A program made the translations under genes and the position numbers. The notes beneath the pieces are model-generated. The model ran no database searches and was not told the origin of the DNA. It saw only the letters and a list, made by a program, of their open reading frames with translations. A stretch of DNA of 56,438 nucleotides from Dehalococcoidia bacterium (lineage in GTDB: Bacteria; Chloroflexota; Dehalococcoidia; GIF9; AB-539-J10), in assembly GCA_014859205.1 (NCBI GenBank), contig JACUUR010000002.1, forward strand, positions 1 to 56,438, read 5' to 3'. Shown here piece after piece: positions 38,427 through 46,908 of the stretch (positions are counted from its first letter, which is position 1; each line of letters starts with the position of its first letter).

Positions 38427-38894
38427 TTACAGCTTCTGCAGCACCTTCTTAGCCAGTTCGGCGGGCTCGAAATCGCCTCCCTGGGCTCTCGAGTCGGCGA
38501 CGCCGCTAACCATCTGGTGACGCAGCTTCTGGCAGAATACGTCGATCTCCCTGACCTTCTCCGGAAAGGACGGGGCTACGTACCCTTCTCTGACTGCCAT
38601 GCCTCTCAAAGCCTTCATGATATCGGCAAAATCAACGTTCTGAGGGCAGTGGGCCTGGCAGCTGTAACACTGAATGCAGAACCAGATCGTATCTGACGAC
38701 AAAACCTCTCTCCTCAACCCCAGAAGAACCATCCGGATTATGCGACGGGGGTTAAACTTCTGGTCTATGTCAGAAACCGGACAGCTGGCTGTACAGAGAC
38801 CACAGGCGAAGCAAAGCCTGATCCTCTCTCCTCCAGGCTCATCGGCAACGTCGTATTTGAATCTGGTGTCCAGTTCGTTCAAAGCTACAGTCAT
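38427..38894 (-). CDS. HdrC-like 2x[4Fe-4S] ferredoxin-domain protein
   Basis: 155 aa. CFACGLCTASCP and CIQCYSCQAHCP in the HdrC-type helical arrangement. AAGGAGG RBS. Confidence 0.7.
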   Translation of the reverse strand: MTVALNELDTRFKYDVADEPGGERIRLCFACGLCTASCPVSDIDQKFNPRRIIRMVLLGLRREVLSSDTIWFCIQCYSCQAHCPQNVDFADIMKALRGMAVREGYVAPSFPEKVREIDVFCQKLRHQMVSGVADSRAQGGDFEPAELAKKVLQKL

Positions 38895-38928
38895 CTTCGC
38901 CTCCTTGATGCCGTTCAGGCCGGAACCA

Positions 38929-39822
38929 CTACGCTAGTCCGGCGGCCTCCAGTATCTCCGGTACCCTGTCCTCCCGTCCGATAAACATGATGTGTACCCC
39001 ATCACAGACGTTCTGTTCCTTGATCTGCCTTATCAGGCGGGCAGCCATCTCTATGCCCTTGGCGACGCCGGTGCCCTTGGGGGCCTCGGCCAGTTCATCG
39101 ATCAGGGACTGAGGGATGAAGATGCCGGGAACATTCTCGTTCATATATGAGGCCATCTTCACGCCGATGACGGGTACTATGCCCCCCAGTATCTTTACGT
39201 CTTGATCGATCTTGCGGACGAACTCCGTGAACCTCTTGAGTTCATCGAGATCATAGACAGCCTGGGTCTGGATGAAATCAACTCCCGCTCTGAGCTTCTT
39301 CTCAACCTTGATGAGCTGGGGTTCAAGTGGATCCGACGAAGGCGAAGCAGATGTGCCGATACAGAAATCAACCGCCCCGTCCAGCTCATTGCCTGCCATG
39401 TCCTTGCCTGAACTCAGAGTATGTACAAGATGAATGAGCTGCACCGAATCGAGGTCGAACACCTGTTTTGCCTCTTTGTGGTCACCTACGTCAACCGAGT
39501 CGCCGGTGAGACAGAGCACGTTACTGATACCCCGGGAATAGGCAAACAGGAGATCCGCCTGAATGGCCAGACGATTCCTGTCGCGGCAGGTTATCTGCAG
39601 CACCGGCTCGCCACCGTGTTCTTTAATCAGAAGACAAACCCCCACCGATGGATAACGCATCACCGAGCTCTGATTGTCGGTCACATTCAGGGCGTCGACC
39701 TTATCCTTGAGAAGCTCAATATGCTCTATAGTCTTGGCCACATTGGAGCCTTTTCCAGGCGCGGCCTCAGCAGTTACCACGAATTTCTTTGTCTTGAGAG
39801 TTTCCCTAAAAGGCGTTGCCAT
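38929..39822 (-). CDS. metF: Methylenetetrahydrofolate reductase, MetF (MetV-associated type)
   Basis: 297 aa. FVVTAEAAPGKG, ALNVTDN, ITCRDRNR and LCLTGD motifs of the MTHFR TIM barrel. Confidence 0.85.
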   Translation of the reverse strand: MATPFRETLKTKKFVVTAEAAPGKGSNVAKTIEHIELLKDKVDALNVTDNQSSVMRYPSVGVCLLIKEHGGEPVLQITCRDRNRLAIQADLLFAYSRGISNVLCLTGDSVDVGDHKEAKQVFDLDSVQLIHLVHTLSSGKDMAGNELDGAVDFCIGTSASPSSDPLEPQLIKVEKKLRAGVDFIQTQAVYDLDELKRFTEFVRKIDQDVKILGGIVPVIGVKMASYMNENVPGIFIPQSLIDELAEAPKGTGVAKGIEMAARLIRQIKEQNVCDGVHIMFIGREDRVPEILEAAGLA

Positions 39823-39833
39823 TCATCACCCCC

Positions 39834-40493
39834 TTAAGCTCTGGCCGCCTGGACCCTGCCGGGCCTTTTGACCGCCCGGTAATTCTTGGGCGAGTAATAC
39901 TCACGCATCAGGTCAAGTCTACCCTGCTTCTCCAGCCTGCGATATATAAGCACCCAGCCACAATCCTTATCAGGGTCTATCTCGCACTTACCACCCTTCC
40001 TGGTACCGCCGCAGGGACCGTTCAGCAGCCCCTTGGCACAACGAACCATAGGGCAGACCCCCCCGGTTCGATCCAGCAGGCAGTCACCACAGGCGCCGCA
40101 CATCTCCACCCAAAGCCCCTCTGTCTCCGGCATGCCGATGAAGGTGGTGTTGACTGCGGGCAGAACTGGCTTGTCCTCAAACCGTTCAGCCATAGTCTGT
40201 ACTCCCGCCCCGCAGGCCAGCGAGAGCACTGCGTCAACCTGAGCCACCTGCTCGCTGAGCTCTTCTATCATCTCTTTCTCACACTGCCGCTCAACCGTTG
40301 CTTCGGATGTTACGATTTCATTTCCCTCTGCGTCGCGGGCCAGTCTCAGTTCTGAGGCGAGTATCCCTACCTCCTTCTCCCCGCCGGCCCAACACACTGC
40401 CACGCAGGTTGCACAACCTGCCACAAGCACTCTCTTGTAAGGGGCTAACTCCTGTCTGATCTCTTCCAGTGACTTCCGTTCAGCGATTATCAT
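39834..40493 (-). CDS. metV: MetV, MTHFR C-terminal-domain (zinc-ribbon / Fe-S) small subunit
   Basis: Cys-rich CGACGDCLLDRTGGVCPMVRCAKGLLNGPCGGTRKGGKCE...CGW is the MTHFR_C signature. ATG at 40493 with GGGAGG upstream. Overlaps the mvhD end by 14 nt. Confidence 0.75.
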   Translation of the reverse strand: MIIAERKSLEEIRQELAPYKRVLVAGCATCVAVCWAGGEKEVGILASELRLARDAEGNEIVTSEATVERQCEKEMIEELSEQVAQVDAVLSLACGAGVQTMAERFEDKPVLPAVNTTFIGMPETEGLWVEMCGACGDCLLDRTGGVCPMVRCAKGLLNGPCGGTRKGGKCEIDPDKDCGWVLIYRRLEKQGRLDLMREYYSPKNYRAVKRPGRVQAARA

Positions 40494-40884
40494 CTTGCCT
40501 CCCTGGACTCTGTGATGTTGCCTTTGTTGTCTCTTCTGTAGCTGCGACAAATTTATGGGGCGCATTCGGACTGAGGTTGACCATCACTGCAGATCTGCCC
40601 TCCAACCCGATCTCTTTCAATAGCATCTGGCAGTGTTTCACCCTTTCACCTGCTCTTATGTTCCCGGTAATATGATGACAAGCTCCATCTTCGCATCCCA
40701 TTACCAGCACCGCCGAGGCGCCCTTCTCAAACGCCCGCAGGATATGGATGACGTCCACCCGGCCGGCGCAGGGAACACGAACTATCCGCACCGCCTCCGG
40801 GTAATGAAGTCCCAGTTTTCCCGCCAGGTCGGCGGCCGGATAGGCAGAATGCTGACAACAGAAAGCTACAATAGCTCCCTTCAT
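40480..40884 (-). CDS. mvhD: MvhD/FlpD-like [2Fe-2S] protein (copy 1)
   Basis: 134 aa. IVAFCCQHSAYPAADLAG...VPCAGRV...VLVMGCEDGACHH. ATG overlaps the upstream stop as ATGA. The track ORF start at 41223 is an antisense-frame extension. Confidence 0.8.
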   Translation of the reverse strand: MKGAIVAFCCQHSAYPAADLAGKLGLHYPEAVRIVRVPCAGRVDVIHILRAFEKGASAVLVMGCEDGACHHITGNIRAGERVKHCQMLLKEIGLEGRSAVMVNLSPNAPHKFVAATEETTKATSQSPGRQDDNR

Positions 40885-42527
40885 CCTTCTCCCAAGGCCT
40901 CGATCTGGGCCAGCATCTGATCGTCTCTGTAGTCCTGAAACTCGATTGCCTTGGCCGGACAGATAGCGACACAAATGCCACAGGCGTAGCACGCCAGATC
41001 CGATATAGCGGCCACTTCCTTGCCACCATCTGTCCCCATCAACTGGATTGCACCGTGTGGACAGACACGGATGCAGGTTAGGCAAGCTACGCACTTCTGC
41101 GGGTCTGCCTTGACTCTCTCGATCTCCACCGCAATCGTGCCGGCAGACAGCAGTTCCTGTATGCTGACAACAGCGCAGGAGATATCGGCCAACAGCCGGC
41201 CGACGTCGGACTGGCCGCGGCACTCGCCCACAAAGAACAACCCCCGCTTCTCGGAAGCTACGGGATAGAGGTGCACGTTTTCATCCTGGTAGAAGCCCCG
41301 GGCGTCCAGGCGAACACCGAGTAGAGAACCCAGAAGCCGTGTCCCTTCAGATGGAAACAGGAGTTCCTCCGCCACCAGAAGCTCGCAGTTGACAACGGCG
41401 TCTTCACCCAGGAGGACATCTCTGGCCTCCACCGCTATCCGTTCGTTATCCGTGCTAACCTTCGGAGGACCGGAACACTTCACGAACACGACCCCACAAT
41501 CCCTGGCCTCCCGATACAGACGCTCTGCTCCCTGGCTATCAACCTTGACATCCTTGCAGAACACGTATACTTCACTCCCCCACGCTCTACGGGCTGCCAG
41601 AGCATTACTGAGGCTGGCAAGCGTGGAAAAGCGAGAGCTATCGTCCACAAAATCGAACACGAAACCTATGGCATCTGGCTTCGTGCCCGACAACGGGGCG
41701 CCCAGCATATCCCGAAGCTGCTCCTGGGAGACAATATTCATTCCGGAAACCGCCTCGCCCTTAGTTCCCGTTATTGGCGCCAGAGCAGACCCGGTACGGA
41801 AGCCGGTGGCAAGCACTATCGCCCCGAACTTGCGGCAGCGATTCTCCCCGTTCCTGCTCATGGTTACAATGAAGTCTCCCATCGTCCCCCTTACTGCCAC
41901 TATCCGGGCAGAGTTGATCATCTCGATGTTCTCGTCTCGCTCCGCCGCAGCTACCATTGAACTCATGTCTAATCGACACAAGCTATCCAATTCCTGATCC
42001 CCGCCTCCTGCGGTCCCTGCGTCTACAAGCAGAGTTGTACACACTCCCGTCGAAGAAAGCCGTAGCGCCGTGCTGAATGCCGAAAACCCACCACCAACCA
42101 CCAAAACGCCCCTTTCCACAGGCAGATCCTTCTTCTCTACCGGATGGAGCAGTCTCCCTCCGTTTACAGCCATCCTGACGAGTTCCACAGCCTTTGCCGT
42201 AACGTCACCTTCATGAGCCCAGGAGCATTGTTCCCTTATGTTTGCCATAGAGAGGAGATGCTCATTCAGGCCGGCATCTTCCAGTGCCCGCCATAGAACA
42301 TGTTCCTCGAACTCAGGAGAACATGCCGCAACAACCACCCTATCTATGTTCTCCTCCTTGATACGGGAGACCATCTGCTCCCTTCCTGCCTTGCTGCAGA
42401 GATTGGAGCTCAAGTTGACGCAGGCGACGCCGGGCATCTCCGTCACCCTGGCCGCAACGGCATCAAAATCAATATTCTTCATGCCTCCGCCGCAGTTGCA
42501 GAGGAAGACGCCTATCCTTGTTTCCAT
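40881..42527 (-). CDS. HdrA-like protein, second-unit type (N-terminal Cys domain + FAD-like domain + C-terminal 2x[4Fe-4S] ferredoxin)
   Basis: 548 aa. IGVFLCNCGGG, VVAACSPEF, ANIREQCSWAH, VVGGGFSA, CVACLTCIRVCP and CYACGICVAICP. Collinear with aa ~928-1491 of the 1491-aa protein. Confidence 0.75.
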   Translation of the reverse strand: METRIGVFLCNCGGGMKNIDFDAVAARVTEMPGVACVNLSSNLCSKAGREQMVSRIKEENIDRVVVAACSPEFEEHVLWRALEDAGLNEHLLSMANIREQCSWAHEGDVTAKAVELVRMAVNGGRLLHPVEKKDLPVERGVLVVGGGFSAFSTALRLSSTGVCTTLLVDAGTAGGGDQELDSLCRLDMSSMVAAAERDENIEMINSARIVAVRGTMGDFIVTMSRNGENRCRKFGAIVLATGFRTGSALAPITGTKGEAVSGMNIVSQEQLRDMLGAPLSGTKPDAIGFVFDFVDDSSRFSTLASLSNALAARRAWGSEVYVFCKDVKVDSQGAERLYREARDCGVVFVKCSGPPKVSTDNERIAVEARDVLLGEDAVVNCELLVAEELLFPSEGTRLLGSLLGVRLDARGFYQDENVHLYPVASEKRGLFFVGECRGQSDVGRLLADISCAVVSIQELLSAGTIAVEIERVKADPQKCVACLTCIRVCPHGAIQLMGTDGGKEVAAISDLACYACGICVAICPAKAIEFQDYRDDQMLAQIEALGEG

Positions 42528-42542
42528 CAATCGTTCCCCTGA

Positions 42543-43811
42543 TCAGCTATCGCAAGGGCTCGCAGCACACTCCAGCATCTCCAGTGCACTGGAGGCAGCA
42601 GCCATCCCATGAGCCACGGCATCAGGTATGTCCCTGGGGCCCTGACAGGTCCCGGCAAGGAAGATCCCTTTCACGGTGGTCTCATTCGAGCCGAACGGAT
42701 CCGCCGTAGCGTAGAATCCGTCGTCGGCCATATTGATGCCCAGGGTCCGGGCCAAGTCCCAGGAGTTCCTACTGGGGGAAATGCCCACAGAAAGGACCAC
42801 CAGGTCAAAGATGTCCCGGCAGACCCTGGTCTGGGAGATATCCTCAAACTTGACCTCTAGCTCTCCGGACGCAGTCTGCAGGATTTCGACGGGCACGCCC
42901 CGCACAAACCGTATGCTCCCCTTGTATTCCTCGTAAAACTGAGCAAAGCCTTTCCCTGCAGTCTGCAGGTCGATGTAGAAAATGGTTACCTCGGTGTCGG
43001 GACTGCGATGCTTGATAAGCCCTCCAAGCTTCATAGCATACTTACAGCACACATGTGAGCAATAACCATGATGCTTGTCTCTGGAGCCGACACACTGAAC
43101 GAAGGCAACCCTCCGGGGCTCCTCCCCGTTACTCCGAAGTCTTAGTTGGCCCTCGCGGCTCAGAATGTGCTCCACATCCAGGCCTGTCAGCACGTTGGGG
43201 TATCTGCCGTAACCCAGGGAGCCTTTCTCCCTGGCGTCAAAGACATCAAAGCCGGTGGCGACAATAACGGCCCCGACGTTCAACTCCTGCCCCTTTGCCT
43301 TGCGCTCGAGATCAATGGCCTCAGTGGGGCAGGTCTCACGACAAAGACTGCATTGTTGCCCGTTGAAGCGCAGACAACGTCCTTCATCAAGAACGTAGCA
43401 GAAGGGTGTCGCCTCGGCGGGAGGCGCATAGATCGCCACGGGGTCAGCGGGGCAGACCTCAGCGCAGAGGCCACAGGCTATACATCTCTCTGCATCGACA
43501 TACCCCGGCTGCTGAGTTATCTCAACGCGAAAGCTACCGGCCTCGCCGCTGAGCCTCTTCACTGTGGAGTTGGTCAGGAGCCTGATTCGAGGGTGGAGTA
43601 GCGCCTCTTTGATCTTGTCGGGCACCACACAGGCAGAACACCTGACACAGATATCCGTTGCCTTACAGCAAAAGCGGGCACTGTGTCCGCCAACCACCGC
43701 CTCCTTCTCCACCAAATATACGCTGACGCCGGCTTTGGCCAACTCCAGAGCAGAAGAAATGCCTGATATGCCTGAACCGATAACTAGAGCGTTCCTGCTG
43801 TCGGAGTCCAC
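42543..43811 (-). CDS. HdrA-like FAD/Fe-S protein, first-unit type (no GltD insertion)
   Basis: 422 aa. VIGSGISGISSALELAKAG, CIACGLCAEVCP, CSLCRETCP, VQCVGSRD, YCSHVCC. GTG start. Ends in TGA, in frame with the next gene. Confidence 0.8.
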   Translation of the reverse strand: MDSDSRNALVIGSGISGISSALELAKAGVSVYLVEKEAVVGGHSARFCCKATDICVRCSACVVPDKIKEALLHPRIRLLTNSTVKRLSGEAGSFRVEITQQPGYVDAERCIACGLCAEVCPADPVAIYAPPAEATPFCYVLDEGRCLRFNGQQCSLCRETCPTEAIDLERKAKGQELNVGAVIVATGFDVFDAREKGSLGYGRYPNVLTGLDVEHILSREGQLRLRSNGEEPRRVAFVQCVGSRDKHHGYCSHVCCKYAMKLGGLIKHRSPDTEVTIFYIDLQTAGKGFAQFYEEYKGSIRFVRGVPVEILQTASGELEVKFEDISQTRVCRDIFDLVVLSVGISPSRNSWDLARTLGINMADDGFYATADPFGSNETTVKGIFLAGTCQGPRDIPDAVAHGMAAASSALEMLECAASPCDS

Positions 43812-43849
43812 TTCTTTTTATACTGCCGGCCTTGTCGTTCTACTCCCCG

Positions 43850-44251
43850 CTACTTTCTAAGCAAGTCTTCTATTCTTCTGAGCAGTTCCGGAGGGTCGAC
43901 CGGCTTTTGAAGATAGTCCTCTGCCTCCATCATCATTCCCTCGCGCATAGAAAGGTGTATCTTATCTCTATCTTCCGGGTACACCGTGAGCATCAACACA
44001 GGGATGTCGGAGAAGAAATGATATTTCTCGTCGGTCTTGAGTTCCCGACAGACCTCAAACCCATGCTTCCCCGGCATTACCACGTCCAGGATGATCAAAT
44101 CAGGTCGCTCCTCCACCACGCTGCGCAGCCCTTCGCTTCCATCATAGGCCGACACCACCTGATAGGACCTGGGCTCAAGGATTTGCCTCACCACTATGTG
44201 CACATCCGGGTCATCATCAATCAGCAGAATCTTAGTTTGTTCAGGCATCAT
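43850..44251 (-). CDS. Stand-alone CheY-like receiver protein
   Basis: 133 aa. ILLIDDDPD...LIILDVVMPGKHGFEV with no output domain. Start overlaps the upstream stop as ATGA. Confidence 0.85.
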   Translation of the reverse strand: MMPEQTKILLIDDDPDVHIVVRQILEPRSYQVVSAYDGSEGLRSVVEERPDLIILDVVMPGKHGFEVCRELKTDEKYHFFSDIPVLMLTVYPEDRDKIHLSMREGMMMEAEDYLQKPVDPPELLRRIEDLLRK

Positions 44252-44643
44252 TGTCCTCCTTTGGAGAGAAGCTTCTCAACGCGCTCGAGAAGAATGAAGG
44301 GTTCAATGGGTTTTTCGATGTAGTCATCAACGCTCAGTTCATGGCCCAGCTCCAGCTCATAGCGCCGGTGACTGGCCTCCTCCCTGATTGAGCTTATCAC
44401 CAGGATAGGGACATCCGGATATTCCCTGTTCTGGCTATCCCGCAGTGCTTTCACCACAGCAAAGCCATCCATGCCCGGCATCAGGAGGTCCAGCAGCATT
44501 AACTGTGGCCTTTCCTCCTGCAAACGTCTCAACGCCTCATATCCGTCGCAAGCCTCAATCACGTCATACTGACGAGACCTCAGCACACTGGCAATCGCCA
44601 GCCTCATATCGGGGTCATCATCCACTATTAGGATCTTTGCCAT
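44248..44643 (-). CDS. Stand-alone CheY-like receiver protein
   Basis: 131 aa. KILIVDDDPD...LMLLDLLMPGMDGFAV with no output domain. Confidence 0.85.
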   Translation of the reverse strand: MAKILIVDDDPDMRLAIASVLRSRQYDVIEACDGYEALRRLQEERPQLMLLDLLMPGMDGFAVVKALRDSQNREYPDVPILVISSIREEASHRRYELELGHELSVDDYIEKPIEPFILLERVEKLLSKGGQ

Positions 44644-45796
44644 CTGTTTCTACCCGGCCAGCCTCGGTCTCTTTGGGCAGAATGAACGTGAACCTGCTTC
44701 CCTTGCCTGTCTCAGGGCAGGGACTGGTCGCCCATATTCTACCACCATGAGCTTCGATTATCTGCTTGCTAATCGAGAGCCCCAGACCGGCCCCCCTCTT
44801 CTCTACATCCAGGCCCTTGTAGAAGCCGTCAAATACCCGGGGCAGGTCATCGGTCGGGATTCCCGTTCCCGTGTCGACCACATCAACCTGCACGTAGCCA
44901 GCGCGATCCCTGGTCTTAACCGTGACCCCGCCACAGGGAGTAAACTTAATGGCATTGCTCAACAGGTTCGTCAATACCTGCTTAAGCCGGCCAGCACTCC
45001 CCAGGATTAAGGGAAGCTCCTGAGGGCCCTCATAGGACAGTTCCAGTCCCTTCTCCTGGGCCAGGGGGCGCATTATCTCAACGCAGTCCTCTACCATCTT
45101 GGTAAGGCAAACTTCCTCGGTCCTGAACCCGCCGAAATCAACCCGTGAGAAATCGATCATGTTGCTTATCAGATTGAGCAGGTCGGAAAGCCTCTTGCTG
45201 CTCCTCTGCACTATGTTCTTCTGCTCTTCGGTTAGTTCCCCCACAAAACCATCCAGCAAGAGCCGGTTGTAGCTTTCGGCTGCAGCCAGAGGAGCCTTAA
45301 GGTCATGGAAGATTACCGACAGGATACGCTCCATTGTCTGTTTGGTATGCTGCTGCCTCCTGGCGACCACTTTGGCAAGGTTATTGGCTACCTTGTAACC
45401 CATCCCAGGATTCTCATCCAGCAGCGCCTTAAGCTCGTCGCCGTCCAGAGCGATGATCTCGGTCTTCTCCAGACAGCGACCGGAGGACGTAAGAACATGC
45501 GGCTCCATGAGCGCCGACCAGCAGAAGCTGCTGCCCTCGGAAAGCACGTCGATCGTCGCCCGTTCCACAGAGCTACGGCTGAGAGCCAGGTCGGTTTCCA
45601 GGGCCACCCTGCCGGACTTGAGAGTCTGGACGTAGTTGCACTGCCCTCCCTCACAGAACATGACCGTGCCGGACTCGAAGGACTGTTCCTGGCAGATCGG
45701 CAGCAGTTTGTTCAGTTCATCGTCGGTCAAGTCGTGGAAGAGCTCAGACGACCGCAACGTATCCTTGACTGAGTTGGATTGGGCTGTAGCTTCCAT
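44618..45796 (-). CDS. Soluble sensor histidine kinase with an N-terminal cyclic-nucleotide-binding-like (Crp-type) domain
   Basis: cNMP-like beta-barrel region ELFHDLTDDELNKLLPICQEQSFESGTVMFCEGG...LKSGRV. H-box FHDLKAPL. N/G boxes LLSNAIKFT, DTGTGIP, GAGLGLSISKQI. No TM segments. The start is uncertain: the ATG at 45796 is chosen to avoid overlapping the divergent metF. Confidence 0.7.
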   Translation of the reverse strand: MEATAQSNSVKDTLRSSELFHDLTDDELNKLLPICQEQSFESGTVMFCEGGQCNYVQTLKSGRVALETDLALSRSSVERATIDVLSEGSSFCWSALMEPHVLTSSGRCLEKTEIIALDGDELKALLDENPGMGYKVANNLAKVVARRQQHTKQTMERILSVIFHDLKAPLAAAESYNRLLLDGFVGELTEEQKNIVQRSSKRLSDLLNLISNMIDFSRVDFGGFRTEEVCLTKMVEDCVEIMRPLAQEKGLELSYEGPQELPLILGSAGRLKQVLTNLLSNAIKFTPCGGVTVKTRDRAGYVQVDVVDTGTGIPTDDLPRVFDGFYKGLDVEKRGAGLGLSISKQIIEAHGGRIWATSPCPETGKGSRFTFILPKETEAGRVETDGKDPNSG

Positions 45797-45923
45797 GGGC
45801 CGCCGAACATTATAGGCGCTTTTGGATGTAAATGCAAAACTATGAAGGCAGTGCAGTGCCCAGGTGTTGCCCGAAACCCGTCGTTCTGGCATACTGTATC
45901 GAAATCCCGCCGGGAGTTCGAAC

Positions 45924-46847
45924 ATGAAGGTAGACAGCAATCTAGCCAGAGTACTGGAGGCAGGTCACTTCGCCGTTACTGCCGAGGTCAGTCCCCCCCA
46001 GAACACAGAACTCCAAGGCATCCGTGAGAAGGCGTCCATGATCAAGGGATTTGCCGACGCCGTCAACATACCTGATGGACAGGCAGCGGTGGTAGCGATG
46101 GCAAGCTGGGCGGGTTGCCTCGTAGCTAGCGAGGAGGGCCTGGACCCCATCATCCACATGACCTGCCGGGACCGAAACCGGATCGCCCTGCAAATGGACG
46201 TCCTGGCGGCGTCCGCCTTCGGCATCGCCAACATACTCTGCCTATCAGGGGATCCCATATCCTTTGGCAGCCATCCTCAGGCAGCACCCGTCTTCGACCT
46301 GGATTCTATCCAGTTGATCAGGACCGTGAAGGGACTCAGAGACGAGAGGAAGTTCGATAACGGAGAACTCATCGTGGGAGCAGAGCCCAGGCTTTTCATC
46401 GGGGCAGCCATAGACCCCTTCGTACGTCCACTGGACTCCGCAGTGGAACGCCTCAAGGCCAAGGTTGAGGCCGGAGCTGACTTCATCCAGACCCAGCCTG
46501 TGTACAACATGGAAGGATTCAGAACCTGGATGGAGTTGGTCCGAGCAGAGAGATTGCACAAGGACGTCAAGATCCTGGCCGGCCTCACTCCGATAACGTC
46601 TCTGGCAGCGGCAAGATACATGAAGATGAAGGTCAGCGGTGTGGACATACCCGACATGATCATTGAACGCCTCAAGAGTGCCCGTAACAAGGAAGAGGCT
46701 GCAGAGGAGGGACTGAAGATTGTGGTGGAAACCATAGAGCAGCTAAGGCAACTCGAGGGGGTGGCCGGCGTCCACATCATGACCCTGCAGCGAGAGGAGC
46801 TTATACCCAGGATCTGCAGCGCTGCAGGGCTTCACCCGCGCCCCTGA
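45924..46847 (+). CDS. metF: Methylenetetrahydrofolate reductase paralogue (stand-alone MetF)
   Basis: 307 aa. FAVTAEVSPPQ, AVNIPDG, MTCRDRNR and LCLSGD. GGGAG RBS 7 nt upstream of the ATG at 45924. Confidence 0.8.
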   Translation: MKVDSNLARVLEAGHFAVTAEVSPPQNTELQGIREKASMIKGFADAVNIPDGQAAVVAMASWAGCLVASEEGLDPIIHMTCRDRNRIALQMDVLAASAFGIANILCLSGDPISFGSHPQAAPVFDLDSIQLIRTVKGLRDERKFDNGELIVGAEPRLFIGAAIDPFVRPLDSAVERLKAKVEAGADFIQTQPVYNMEGFRTWMELVRAERLHKDVKILAGLTPITSLAAARYMKMKVSGVDIPDMIIERLKSARNKEEAAEEGLKIVVETIEQLRQLEGVAGVHIMTLQREELIPRICSAAGLHPRP

Positions 46848-46908
46848 TCAACCGCACGTCGCATCCCTCCCTGATTCGCGGTAACCAAAGAGGAGCAGGG
46901 ACCTACGA

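Noticed and set aside
40885-41223. N-terminal extensions suggested by the ORF track. The coordinates give the example, the 113 extra codons on mvhD copy 1. Similar extensions occur at 33940-34143, 17532-17651, 30879-30965, 53746-53883, 10484-10570, 13305-13352, 40494-40565 and 45797-45940.
   Set aside because: The extensions overlap upstream genes or lack homology. Internal ATG or GTG starts have good SD sequences or ATGA coupling and give canonical N-termini.
33505-43811. Search for an HdrB (CCG-motif) subunit in or near the hdr/metFV train
   Set aside because: No ORF on either strand shows the CCG-type cysteine motifs. The FCCNWC and FCCQHS strings belong to the MvhD proteins. Absence from this window does not exclude a copy elsewhere in the genome.
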